Shown in pieces: positions 28,604 to 37,912 of a stretch of 64,000 nt of DNA. Source of the stretch: a virus. The position numbers were made by a program, and so were the translations under genes. The stretch's first letter is position 1; the number at the start of each line of letters is the position of its first letter. The stretch covers positions 52,768-116,767 of IMG/VR virus record IMGVR_UViG_3300027896_000017, one strand, 5' to 3'. Under the pieces are notes generated by a model. It had not been told where the DNA came from. It saw only the letters and a list, made by a program, of their open reading frames with translations, and made no database searches.

Positions 28604-29081
28604 TGAATTAAGCGAAAAATATGTAGAGTATGCGGAAATGTTAAATGAATTAACTACTAATGAATTAAAAGTCCAAAATATCAGAAGATTAGTAGATGAA
28701 TTAAAAGGAAAAATAGCATCTTCTGAGAATGGCGATAGTTGCGGAATGGAATTGTCCGCTCATGCTTTTAAGCAATTATCAGAACGGTTAGAAAAACTAT
28801 CTATGGAAAATAATAATATTTATAATGATGTATTTAATAAACCAAATAAATCAGAATGCTTACTCTTGCCGTCTAATTTAAAATGTTTTATTATTACTTT
28901 AATATCCGATGCCCACAAGAAAGGTGAATATCAAAAAGAATCTTCTAAAAATACTCCAGGAGGATTCGAATACAGATTTACCATTAATATAAAAAAATGG
29001 GGAACTGAAGATAAGGAACTGCATCTAGTATGTATTATTGAAAATTATACTATTAAAACTGGATATTTTAATTGGATATAA
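28593..29081 (+). CDS. Hypothetical protein (~162 aa)
   Basis: AGGAGG RBS before MQNNEL. Confidence 0.7.
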   Translation: MQNNELSEKYVEYAEMLNELTTNELKVQNIRRLVDELKGKIASSENGDSCGMELSAHAFKQLSERLEKLSMENNNIYNDVFNKPNKSECLLLPSNLKCFIITLISDAHKKGEYQKESSKNTPGGFEYRFTINIKKWGTEDKELHLVCIIENYTIKTGYFNWI

Positions 29082-29090
29082 AGGAGCAAT

Positions 29091-30902
29091 ATGATAATCT
29101 CTTTATTTAAAAATGAGGGTTTTTTAATTGAATGTGACAATGTTGATTTGTTAGCTGATATGCAGGCGGTTATGGATGGTTATAAAATAAGAAATAAACC
29201 TCAAATAGTGGTTCCATTAAAAGCCGGAGCTTTAATTCTAAAATATAAAGATCACGGACTCTCTATGGATAGTATTACCACAAATTCTATAAATAAATTA
29301 ATAGAAAATAATAAATTAAGAATTATTAACATTCAAAAAATTAAAGATCAATATGGAAAAGAAATAAAATTTGATTATGAATATAAGGGCAAATATACGC
29401 CAATGGCTCATCAAAAAATAATGTTTAATGCTATATATTATACCGATGCTGCGGCCATCATAGCCGATCCAGGTACGTGTAAAACAGGCCCCTATCTGTG
29501 GGCTATAGATAAAAGAATTAAAAAAGGAATAATTAAAAAGGCGCTTGTGGTCACTCTTTCAGATCTAAAAAAAAATATATTAGAAGAAATGTCTGTTCAA
29601 GTACCGGATCTTAAAGGCGTAATATTAAAAAATAAAGATCAATCTAATAAAATCTTAAATAAATTATTTAATGCTAAAAGAAGTTTAGATAAAAATATTG
29701 ATTATAATATTTATATAGCTAATTATGAATCCATGTATTCATTAGTAGATTTAATAAATTCTGATTATTTTGATATGGTAGTGCTAGATGAGGCTCATAG
29801 AATAGGATTTCCCACTTCAAGACAAACTAAGGCCATAATAGAAACTTTTGAAAATTGTAAGTTCAAATATATAATAACAGGCACATTACATGCTAATAAT
29901 ATAATGTCATTTTTTATGCCATTTAGATTTTTAGGAGCCGACACCGTGCCTTACGCTAATTATTATGAATTTAGAAGGCATTATATGTATACCGTGGATC
30001 CTAATCAATATATCTGGGTGCCGTGTTCTGGGGCTAAAGAGACTGTTAAACAAATTACTGGAAATTTATCAGTAATGTTTAAAAAAGATGACTGCCTTGA
30101 ATTGCCCCCGTTAATATATGAAAAATATTCTTGTCCCATGCATTCTAAACAAGAAAAATTATATACACAATTAAAAAATGACCTTGTTGCCGTTATAGAT
30201 GATATGTGTTCAAAATGTAATAAACAATTTAAATGCGACAATTCTTGTGAGAGTCAAATTGTGGCTAAAAATTCATTAGTGCTTTCTGGTAAACTTTCTC
30301 AAATAGCTTCAGGGTTTTATATTAATACCAATATAGGTATAGATCCTGAAAGCGGATCTGAATATAATAATAGTAATATTATTACACTTGAAGAAAACCC
30401 AAAGATGCAATTATTAATTACTACACTTAATAATATTCCGGAAGGTTCTCAAGTAATCATATGGACTAATTATATTCATGCTTGTAAGCTTATTTCTGAA
30501 GCTCTGAATAAAGCCTTTGGCGAAGAATCGTATATAACGTGTTTTGGAAATGAAGATGCTTACGATCAAGTGAAAAAGTTTCAATCATCAAAAATATCAT
30601 ATATAGTGGCCAACCCTAAAAAAATGGGAGTTGGACAGAATATTCAATTTTCTCATTATCAAATATTTTATAGTAACTCCAGATCGTGGGTTATTAGAGA
30701 CCAGGCTGAAGGTAGACAGCATAGGCAGGGTCAAAAAGAAAAAGTAACAGTTATTGATCTGATTACAGAAAATACTATGGATGAAGTAGCTTTAAAATCC
30801 TTGAAGGCCAAACAGGATCTTAATCTTACCCTGTCACAATTATCCAGAGTTTTAAAAAATTCTAAAGCAATCGATGCCATTATAAATAATCGATCTAGTT
30901 AG
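29091..30902 (+). CDS. SNF2-family (SF2) helicase (603 aa)
   Basis: DPGTCKT, LDEAH, TGT, MGVGQN, QAEGRQHRQGQ. Confidence 0.9.
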   Translation: MIISLFKNEGFLIECDNVDLLADMQAVMDGYKIRNKPQIVVPLKAGALILKYKDHGLSMDSITTNSINKLIENNKLRIINIQKIKDQYGKEIKFDYEYKGKYTPMAHQKIMFNAIYYTDAAAIIADPGTCKTGPYLWAIDKRIKKGIIKKALVVTLSDLKKNILEEMSVQVPDLKGVILKNKDQSNKILNKLFNAKRSLDKNIDYNIYIANYESMYSLVDLINSDYFDMVVLDEAHRIGFPTSRQTKAIIETFENCKFKYIITGTLHANNIMSFFMPFRFLGADTVPYANYYEFRRHYMYTVDPNQYIWVPCSGAKETVKQITGNLSVMFKKDDCLELPPLIYEKYSCPMHSKQEKLYTQLKNDLVAVIDDMCSKCNKQFKCDNSCESQIVAKNSLVLSGKLSQIASGFYINTNIGIDPESGSEYNNSNIITLEENPKMQLLITTLNNIPEGSQVIIWTNYIHACKLISEALNKAFGEESYITCFGNEDAYDQVKKFQSSKISYIVANPKKMGVGQNIQFSHYQIFYSNSRSWVIRDQAEGRQHRQGQKEKVTVIDLITENTMDEVALKSLKAKQDLNLTLSQLSRVLKNSKAIDAIINNRSS

Positions 30903-30926
30903 TTTTTAGCTATTGATTGGAGGGCT

Positions 30927-31226
30927 ATGGCAAGAAAAGCTGTTGTTAATTTAAGTAAAAGTCAACTTGAAATGTATCAAAAAACGTATAAAACAGATAT
31001 TGAAATAGCGAAAGCCGTTGGAGTGTCTCGGCAATGGATATATATATTAAGAAAAAAATATAATATATTACCTATTAAATCTAAAGATGTAAAAATAAAT
31101 AGGAATAAAGCTATTTATACATCTTTTATGGCTGATACGAAAAGAAAAGAATTGGCACATAAACACAAGGTTTCATATATAACTATTTGTAGAATTATTA
31201 ACAAAAACAAGGGGGAAGCGTGTTAA
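30927..31226 (+). CDS. Double helix-turn-helix DNA-binding protein (99 aa)
   Basis: DIEIAKAVGVSRQWI and KELAHKHKVSYITICRII. Confidence 0.75.
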   Translation: MARKAVVNLSKSQLEMYQKTYKTDIEIAKAVGVSRQWIYILRKKYNILPIKSKDVKINRNKAIYTSFMADTKRKELAHKHKVSYITICRIINKNKGEAC

Positions 31227-31663
31227 TAAATAATAATGATTTTCTTAAAAAGGTATTATTATTTGCTGCTGAGGAACTATATAAAATTCAATTTGATTTT
31301 GATGCACTGATGCCCCATTTAGAAGATTCTATTAAAGATAAATCTAATTGGATTTCAGATACAATAGAACAATGGTTTGAACAAGTTCAAGAAAAATATC
31401 CTAAAGAATTTGGTAATACAGCCATTTGCGATGTTAATGATGTTCCTGAATTAACTAAAATAACCGAAAATAAGTCAAAAAATTTATCAAGTAAATTTTA
31501 TAAACTTAAGATAGGTGAATGTTTTGATCTTGATAATTTTACTAAAATAACTAAAGTTATGGATGGTTGGATATACGATGGCGTTCATGGCGTGGCATTT
31601 ATACCTAAACCATACGGAGCACCAGATGATGTTGATGAAGAGGGGTTAAATCAAGATGTCTGA
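31220..31663 (+). CDS. Hypothetical protein (147 aa)
   Basis: GTG start with GGGGG RBS; overlaps both neighbours. Confidence 0.65.
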   Translation: MLINNNDFLKKVLLFAAEELYKIQFDFDALMPHLEDSIKDKSNWISDTIEQWFEQVQEKYPKEFGNTAICDVNDVPELTKITENKSKNLSSKFYKLKIGECFDLDNFTKITKVMDGWIYDGVHGVAFIPKPYGAPDDVDEEGLNQDV

Positions 31664-31988
31664 AGAATCAAATCTTCAATCTAAAATACTTAATGATCTT
31701 AGATCGTTTGGTAAATATTGTGAATGTTTTAAAATAATCAAAGCAAGCGATAATGGGGAACCTGATATATTTTTTACTACAATATTAACCGGTGGCGTTT
31801 TATTAGAATTAAAACGCCTAACCGGCTCTGCTGAAAAACTTCAAATATTTAAAATAAATAAACTTAATAAATGCGGAACTAAAACATTTGTATGTCATTC
31901 GTGGCAAGAATGGGTATCTATTAAAAAAATATTAAATTTAGAAAAATTTACTGTAGAATTAGTTCATAAACATAAGTCTTCGTTATAA
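31656..31988 (+). CDS. VRR-NUC domain nuclease (110 aa)
   Basis: ESNLQSKI, GEPDI, LELKR, LQ motifs. Confidence 0.8.
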   Translation: MSEESNLQSKILNDLRSFGKYCECFKIIKASDNGEPDIFFTTILTGGVLLELKRLTGSAEKLQIFKINKLNKCGTKTFVCHSWQEWVSIKKILNLEKFTVELVHKHKSSL

Positions 31989-32015
31989 TTAATTCAATTC
32001 TGAAATAACAATAAT
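31982..32015 (+). promoter_or_regulatory. Phage promoter motif, copy 5
   Basis: gttataattaattcaattctgaaataacaataat upstream of the ubiquitin-like operon. Confidence 0.6.
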
Positions 32016-32051
32016 ATAGGATTTATTCCTTTTTTTAAACTTGGAGGGTGT

Positions 32052-34106
32052 ATGTATGGATTTGTAGAACCATGGATTACAGAATTACTTGATGTTCAAT
32101 TTGATGCCTATAATATTGGCGATGGATTAATCGCCAACATTGTCAGTGCTGATAATTTTGAAAGAATTTTGCATATATTTTTACATATATTTAGTGATAG
32201 GACCAATATTAGAAATGGAAAAAATAGTATTGAAAGGCCAATAAAAATTAGTTCGAACGTAATCGGTATGCATCTATTACTTATGAGGTACTGGATTAAT
32301 GAAGATATTCTTTACGCTTTAACAGATGGCCAAATTAAAGCCAGAGATAGCTTTGTGGCTTTTATGGAGATGCCTAATCCCAGATTTAATTTAGAACATA
32401 TTAAAGATATGTTTATTCGTATAGCTATGGAGCATAGATTTGGTTTGCGTGACGGAATAAGACTTATTAATACCGAAGAGACACATACTACTGAATTAAC
32501 AGATCAACATGATGCTATTGATGACGAGAGGGGGATTCTCGCCGAATTAAGGGATCAATATAATATTATTGATATTAATAATCCCAATGTTGGGGTTGTC
32601 CCTGACGCTTTAATTGAACACGTTCCTGTTGAACAAGCTCCTGTTGAACAAGGTATTAACATAGAACAGAAAGTCAACATGGATAAAAAACAAGAGAAAA
32701 ACGAAAGTATAAAAAAGATTTTTATTGAAGATGTAATAACAAACGTACAAAAAATATATTCTTTATATCAATTCACTACCCCCAATAATAATTGTATAAT
32801 ATGCGATCAGACCCCCAATGAAATTAGAATGAATATATTATTTGATTTGGCAGATAAATTGAATAAAAATATTATAATGACTTTACATTATAATAGTGCA
32901 TATCTTAAAATAATAAAAAAAAGTTATAATACTAAAGAGGTCGAACAGCACACATTGTTTATTGATACATGCCCTATATATTCTTCTGAAGAAAAGAAGT
33001 TTGTAAAATTGGTTAAAAATTCATATACTATATGCATGGGTACAATGACAATGCAGCCATTATTGGTATATGGAACGGATGTTAATAATGATGTTAATCT
33101 ATTATACAAAAGTCATAAAACAGACGAATCTATCGAAAAAATAAAAAATGGAGAAAATTCTCCATATTATAAATATGATCAAATATTTAAAGATACCTAC
33201 ACAAATGTGGTGTGGGCTGTTAAAGATCGATGTGTTATTCACGTGCTTTGTCAGCAATGTTCTGAACGATTTATGGATACTATATTGATTGAACTCACAA
33301 AAAGAATAAATAATAAATTATCATATAAAGAATTGTTGGCAATAGATAAAGCATATTTCGACAATATGAATGCCAACAATATGGATTCATATATTAATTT
33401 CGCTTTAGAGAATTCAAAAAGAATATATGATGATATGAATAACGAGTTAAAAAAATTAAGAATCTCTTTTAACTCATATATGTCTCAAGCTATGGAAACC
33501 GCAAAAATTGCCCAAAGAATTGAAGATCAACTGTCAGCTTTTGACATGAATGGATTTGAGGCAAAAGAAAAAGAAAAGGCTATAAAAAATTATAAAGATA
33601 CCATGGGAATAGACAAAGTTAAGTGTATATGTATTGAAGATAATAAAATACATATATACACAAAAAATTTATACGTTAAAGATCCTCGAAGTAAGAAATG
33701 GCATGACATTGGAACTTTCCATATTATTCTTGGAATGCTTGGGAAATCGTATGATACCTCCAATACTATTGCTATTTTTAATACCAAATATAATGGCATG
33801 GGTATGAATAATGATTTTCAGGCGCCCCATGTATATGGTGATGGCCACGTATGTCATGGAAATATGGCCGCATCAATGGTTGAATCTTATAAGCAAAGAA
33901 ATCTATTTGAATTAATTTATCAAATCATAATATTCTTACAATCTGTTAATGTGGGAGATGCTGCCGGAGCTTATATCCATACTTGGCCTGAAGTAACCGA
34001 AGATATGGTTAAGCGCGATGAAGATGGCGCAACTTATGATGAGATTAGTGAAATAGAAAAAAAATGGGATAATCAACTGGCGGAAGCGTTGCCAATTCAC
34101 ATATAA
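32052..34106 (+). CDS. Large protein with a coiled coil and C-terminal E2 (UBC)-like domain (684 aa)
   Basis: APHVYGDGHVCHGN resembles the E2 HPN..G.vC active site; operon context. Confidence 0.65.
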   Translation: MYGFVEPWITELLDVQFDAYNIGDGLIANIVSADNFERILHIFLHIFSDRTNIRNGKNSIERPIKISSNVIGMHLLLMRYWINEDILYALTDGQIKARDSFVAFMEMPNPRFNLEHIKDMFIRIAMEHRFGLRDGIRLINTEETHTTELTDQHDAIDDERGILAELRDQYNIIDINNPNVGVVPDALIEHVPVEQAPVEQGINIEQKVNMDKKQEKNESIKKIFIEDVITNVQKIYSLYQFTTPNNNCIICDQTPNEIRMNILFDLADKLNKNIIMTLHYNSAYLKIIKKSYNTKEVEQHTLFIDTCPIYSSEEKKFVKLVKNSYTICMGTMTMQPLLVYGTDVNNDVNLLYKSHKTDESIEKIKNGENSPYYKYDQIFKDTYTNVVWAVKDRCVIHVLCQQCSERFMDTILIELTKRINNKLSYKELLAIDKAYFDNMNANNMDSYINFALENSKRIYDDMNNELKKLRISFNSYMSQAMETAKIAQRIEDQLSAFDMNGFEAKEKEKAIKNYKDTMGIDKVKCICIEDNKIHIYTKNLYVKDPRSKKWHDIGTFHIILGMLGKSYDTSNTIAIFNTKYNGMGMNNDFQAPHVYGDGHVCHGNMAASMVESYKQRNLFELIYQIIIFLQSVNVGDAAGAYIHTWPEVTEDMVKRDEDGATYDEISEIEKKWDNQLAEALPIHI

Positions 34107-34119
34107 CAAGGAATAAGCA

Positions 34120-35163
34120 ATGACGACACTTACTTTTGAAAATTCAACTGGATTGAATTTGAACAATTTTCCAGCAGAGCTTTTAATTTTGGCCACCAAT
34201 GTAAGTACAAATGCAACTGGTCTGTTAACTATTGATGTCGATAATGGTTTGCTACCACGCTTCTCAGCAGATTTAAATGTTCTTAATCGCAATCTGATAT
34301 TTTGTCAGATTAATGCTAACTCTATATATATACGAGATACTGAGCGGGCCATGAATCAAATGCAAAATATTGTTCGACAAAATGCTGAACAATTGCTGCA
34401 ACCAGAACCAACGCGAGAGCCAATAGCTCCAGCACCAGCAACAGTTGCAATAATGAATGATCCTGACGAATCAGCGGAAGATAGTTTTGAAGTAATGAAT
34501 AATGATAGACAATTTCCAATAAATCAATGTTTAGAAGAAGAAATTTTGCCTTTTATGGCAACAAAATTAAGAAATGCGTGCAGTCCAAATGCGGCAGCAA
34601 TTCTGAATATTCTTAATCAACTTCAGGATTTAACATGTCGCACCATTATTCTTAAGAATAAATTAACCGAACTAACGAAAAATATAGTTCCAGAAGATAA
34701 AATAATAAAATTGAAGGAACAAATGGATCAATTGATAAGAGAAGACAATTTAATAGATAAAGTTCAAATAAATAAAGATACCGGATGGCTGTGGATTACT
34801 ACCAAAAATCTTCAAACTGAAGAGTTGGAAGATGGCACCAAAAGAGATATTGGAGTTATGTTAATCCAATTAAATCTTAATGTTATGTTATCTACAGTAA
34901 CACTTGAAAGTGAACATCTACTTCTAAAAATCTTTAATAAAACAAGATATGTATATGATAACGAAGCTGATTGTGAATTTGAAAGTGGCCATATTAGGCA
35001 TGACGGCACAGTATGTTTAGGCAATGGATATGAGCCATTATTCGCATCGTTATCAAGAAATAATTTGTTACAGGCTATCGATCTTATCATCAAATTTATA
35101 AGAAACCCCGACATTGATGATGCGTGGGGAAAAATGATACTTCATTTTCCCGAGGTAGCATAA
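34120..35163 (+). CDS. Second E2-like protein (347 aa)
   Basis: GHIRHDGTVCLGN; C-terminal domain aligns with the previous ORF (TKNL, DIG, IFN, C.GN). Confidence 0.65.
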   Translation: MTTLTFENSTGLNLNNFPAELLILATNVSTNATGLLTIDVDNGLLPRFSADLNVLNRNLIFCQINANSIYIRDTERAMNQMQNIVRQNAEQLLQPEPTREPIAPAPATVAIMNDPDESAEDSFEVMNNDRQFPINQCLEEEILPFMATKLRNACSPNAAAILNILNQLQDLTCRTIILKNKLTELTKNIVPEDKIIKLKEQMDQLIREDNLIDKVQINKDTGWLWITTKNLQTEELEDGTKRDIGVMLIQLNLNVMLSTVTLESEHLLLKIFNKTRYVYDNEADCEFESGHIRHDGTVCLGNGYEPLFASLSRNNLLQAIDLIIKFIRNPDIDDAWGKMILHFPEVA

Positions 35164-35164
35164 A

Positions 35165-36052
35165 ATGAAAAATATAACGCAAGGCACCACTTATACTGTG
35201 CTTAAACCAGAAAAAAAGGTTCCTCCCACAATAACATTCACATCAAAAGCATTAAAGTGGATAGAGGCTATTATTGATAACCATGAAAATGAAGTTGGTT
35301 TTTATGGTATTGTGGAGGAAGATGAAGTGAATTATTCTTATCGTGTTGTGGATATATTCTATCCTAAACATCAATTAGCCACTTCAGCTACATGCGAGAT
35401 ATCTCCTGAAGGAGAGGCCGCAATAATGAATTGGCTTATTGAGCATAACAGAACAACGGACATTGCCAATATGATGTTGTGGGGGCATTCCCATCACACA
35501 ATGGGAATTTCTCCGTCAGCTCAAGATGATAAACAGGCTATAGATAGAATGGAATCTACAAGACATAATATAATTCGAATTATAGTCAATAAAGAAAAAT
35601 TAATGTCAGTTTCTTTCTTTGATTATAAAAAACAATTAAGATTTGACAATATTATATGGCAAGAAGAAAAAATAAGCGACGAAACTATTAATTTGGAAAT
35701 GCTGAATAAAATTCGCGCTATTTTAGATTCCGACGCCGCACATGATAAAAAAATAGATGAAATAGATAAAGTTATGTACGTTGATGTTGAAATGGAAAAC
35801 ATCACTGCAAAAGTTAAAGAACTTAAAAAAATTAATATACCTGAAAATAATTATCAAAACAACCATCAAATATATGGTCGAGATTATAGCAATTATCCAA
35901 CATTTGGTGGATGCCGTAAACATGGTAAAAATAAGAAAAATGATCTTCTTCAAACAGATGCTTTTGATGATTTTAATAATTACCCCCGCTCGACATCTGT
36001 TGAAAAAGAAGTAGAAGAATTAATGAGTGAATGGAATGGGATGGGGGAGTAA
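35165..36052 (+). CDS. JAB/JAMM metallopeptidase (295 aa)
   Basis: NEVGFYG and WGHSHHTMGISPSAQD (HxH-x7-S-x2-D). Confidence 0.9.
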   Translation: MKNITQGTTYTVLKPEKKVPPTITFTSKALKWIEAIIDNHENEVGFYGIVEEDEVNYSYRVVDIFYPKHQLATSATCEISPEGEAAIMNWLIEHNRTTDIANMMLWGHSHHTMGISPSAQDDKQAIDRMESTRHNIIRIIVNKEKLMSVSFFDYKKQLRFDNIIWQEEKISDETINLEMLNKIRAILDSDAAHDKKIDEIDKVMYVDVEMENITAKVKELKKINIPENNYQNNHQIYGRDYSNYPTFGGCRKHGKNKKNDLLQTDAFDDFNNYPRSTSVEKEVEELMSEWNGMGE

Positions 36053-36053
36053 T

Positions 36054-36821
36054 ATGAATTATTCCCGCCAAGCCCAATTACTTGACCCACAACAAATCAA
36101 AAACAGATCTATTACTATTATAGGAGCCGGCGCTACTGGATCTTATATGGCATTATTCTTGGCCCAAATGGGCTGGGGAAATCAGCCTTTTAATCAAGGA
36201 GAACTAAAAGTATTTGATGGAGATGTGGTAGAAGAACATAACTTGGCCAACCAGGTTTATGAAAAAAGCCATATCGGAAAGCCTAAAGTCGAAGCGTTAA
36301 AAGAAGTAATTATTAGAAAATGCGGCTTCGAAATTCAGGTTTATAATCAGATGGTAACCGACAAAACACCAACTGATTTAATCCAATCAACATACGTTTT
36401 AATCCTGACAGACACCATGAAAAGCAGAAAAGAAATCTTTGAACATCACCTAAAAACACCATTCAATACCGACCTTGTTATTGAAACAAGAATGGGTTTA
36501 CGAGATGGAAGGGTATATGCATTTAATCCTAACATGGGTGAACACGTCAAAGAATGGAAAGCCACTCTGTATGACGACAATGTCGCAGAAGCTTCCCTAT
36601 GTGGTGCAAGTCAGTCGATTGTCTCTACGGTAGGATTTTTGTCGAGTCTTGCCACTGGAAGAATAATACAGCATTTTAATTACCAGTATGGCAGCGATAG
36701 TCTTAGAGGACCTAAGGGTAATAATGACTTCATGATGTGGAATGAAGTTCATTTTTCACTTTATCCTGAATGTTTTTATCTTAGACGATTTGGCACCAAT
36801 GAACCGGTAGTAACTGCTTAA
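36054..36821 (+). CDS. ThiF/E1-like ubiquitin-activating enzyme (~255 aa)
   Basis: YSRQ, IIGAGATGS, DGDVVEEHNLANQ, KVEAL, TDTMKSR, candidate catalytic Cys in SLCG; GGGGGAG RBS before 36054. Confidence 0.9.
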   Translation: MNYSRQAQLLDPQQIKNRSITIIGAGATGSYMALFLAQMGWGNQPFNQGELKVFDGDVVEEHNLANQVYEKSHIGKPKVEALKEVIIRKCGFEIQVYNQMVTDKTPTDLIQSTYVLILTDTMKSRKEIFEHHLKTPFNTDLVIETRMGLRDGRVYAFNPNMGEHVKEWKATLYDDNVAEASLCGASQSIVSTVGFLSSLATGRIIQHFNYQYGSDSLRGPKGNNDFMMWNEVHFSLYPECFYLRRFGTNEPVVTA

Positions 36822-36860
36822 TCGACAGGCATTATTAACTTTTTTTTGAAAGGCTTTACC

Positions 36861-37340
36861 ATGATCGTAGTTAAAATCATGCAGCTGAACTGCCCGGTCG
36901 AAACTTATGCGCTCCAGCCTGGAGCTACTGTTCAAGATTTATTTGAAGAATCAAATAAAGAATATGTAGAGGGTGAAGTTACCCGTCGTCATCAGCGTGT
37001 TTCTGAAAATGACACTCTTTTTGACGGTGATGTAATCATGATTTCTAAAATGACGAAGGGAAATCAGGATTTGTTTGAGGTTGAAATTCTGCGCATTAGT
37101 GGTGGTGGACGCGTCCTTACTCTTACTGCGCAGCCGGGATATACCATCAAACAGGTTCTTGATCAGCTTCCTACAGAGGATCGCGCACAGTTTTTTCGTG
37201 CCGATGGAACATCTGCTTATGAATTTCGGCTGAGTGGAGCTGGAAGTTCAAGCGAACCTGTTCCTATGACATATGCACTGAATGCCCCTGCTGGTGGAAA
37301 AGTGCGTATTCTGTGCAGTCAGGTTGTTAAAGGTAATTAA
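36861..37340 (+). CDS. Tandem ubiquitin-like (beta-grasp) protein
   Basis: Two domains (GATVQDL..LFDGDVI..KGN and GYTIKQVL..KGN); follows E1. Confidence 0.8.
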   Translation: MIVVKIMQLNCPVETYALQPGATVQDLFEESNKEYVEGEVTRRHQRVSENDTLFDGDVIMISKMTKGNQDLFEVEILRISGGGRVLTLTAQPGYTIKQVLDQLPTEDRAQFFRADGTSAYEFRLSGAGSSSEPVPMTYALNAPAGGKVRILCSQVVKGN

Positions 37341-37360
37341 TTGGATACCGAACGTTAACT

Positions 37361-37391
37361 AAGGAAGGGAATAGTAATATTCCCCTCCTTA
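37361..37391 (+). terminator. Hairpin after the Ubl gene
   Basis: aaggaagggaata/tattcccctcctt. Confidence 0.5.
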
Positions 37392-37408
37392 TATTGTTAG
37401 GATAAACT

Positions 37409-37756
37409 ATGGGTGCGTTATTGCATATACTACAATTTGGTGATAGTGAATGTACTACTTATGTGGTTGAAATTGCAAGCATATCGCATTGTAAGTTTCG
37501 ATATCCAAAAGAATTACCAATCGCGCTTTCTACAAAAGATCGATATCCAAGTTTGGATATTCATCTTATGTCAGAAGCGAAAATTCAATTGTATTTGAAT
37601 AGTAAAACTGTTTTTAGAGTTATCGAAGATGATGGGCCTGTTAAAGAGACCACTTCTTTAAAAGAATTTGAAAATTCCATCATTGAGTTGATTCAAGGAA
37701 ACGGAATTACTGGTAGTTCAATGGACCCGCAATTAGAGACCCAAAGTGATACATAA
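37409..37756 (+). CDS. Hypothetical protein (115 aa)
   Basis: AGGA RBS; last gene of the plus-strand block. Confidence 0.6.
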   Translation: MGALLHILQFGDSECTTYVVEIASISHCKFRYPKELPIALSTKDRYPSLDIHLMSEAKIQLYLNSKTVFRVIEDDGPVKETTSLKEFENSIIELIQGNGITGSSMDPQLETQSDT

Positions 37757-37781
37757 CAACTATTACCAAAAAAATAATAAT

Positions 37782-37806
37782 AAGGCCCCGAAAGGGGCCT
37801 TGTTTT
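37782..37806. terminator. Intrinsic terminator at the convergence point
   Basis: aaggcccc-gaaa-ggggcctt. Confidence 0.8.
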
Positions 37807-37912
37807 ACCTATTATTTTTTTAGCTATTAGAAAGAAATATGGCTGAGCCTAGATGATTAATCTAAACCCAGCCACCGATCGCACAGGAGGGAACAAGGGT
37901 GGCCTTGCGATC

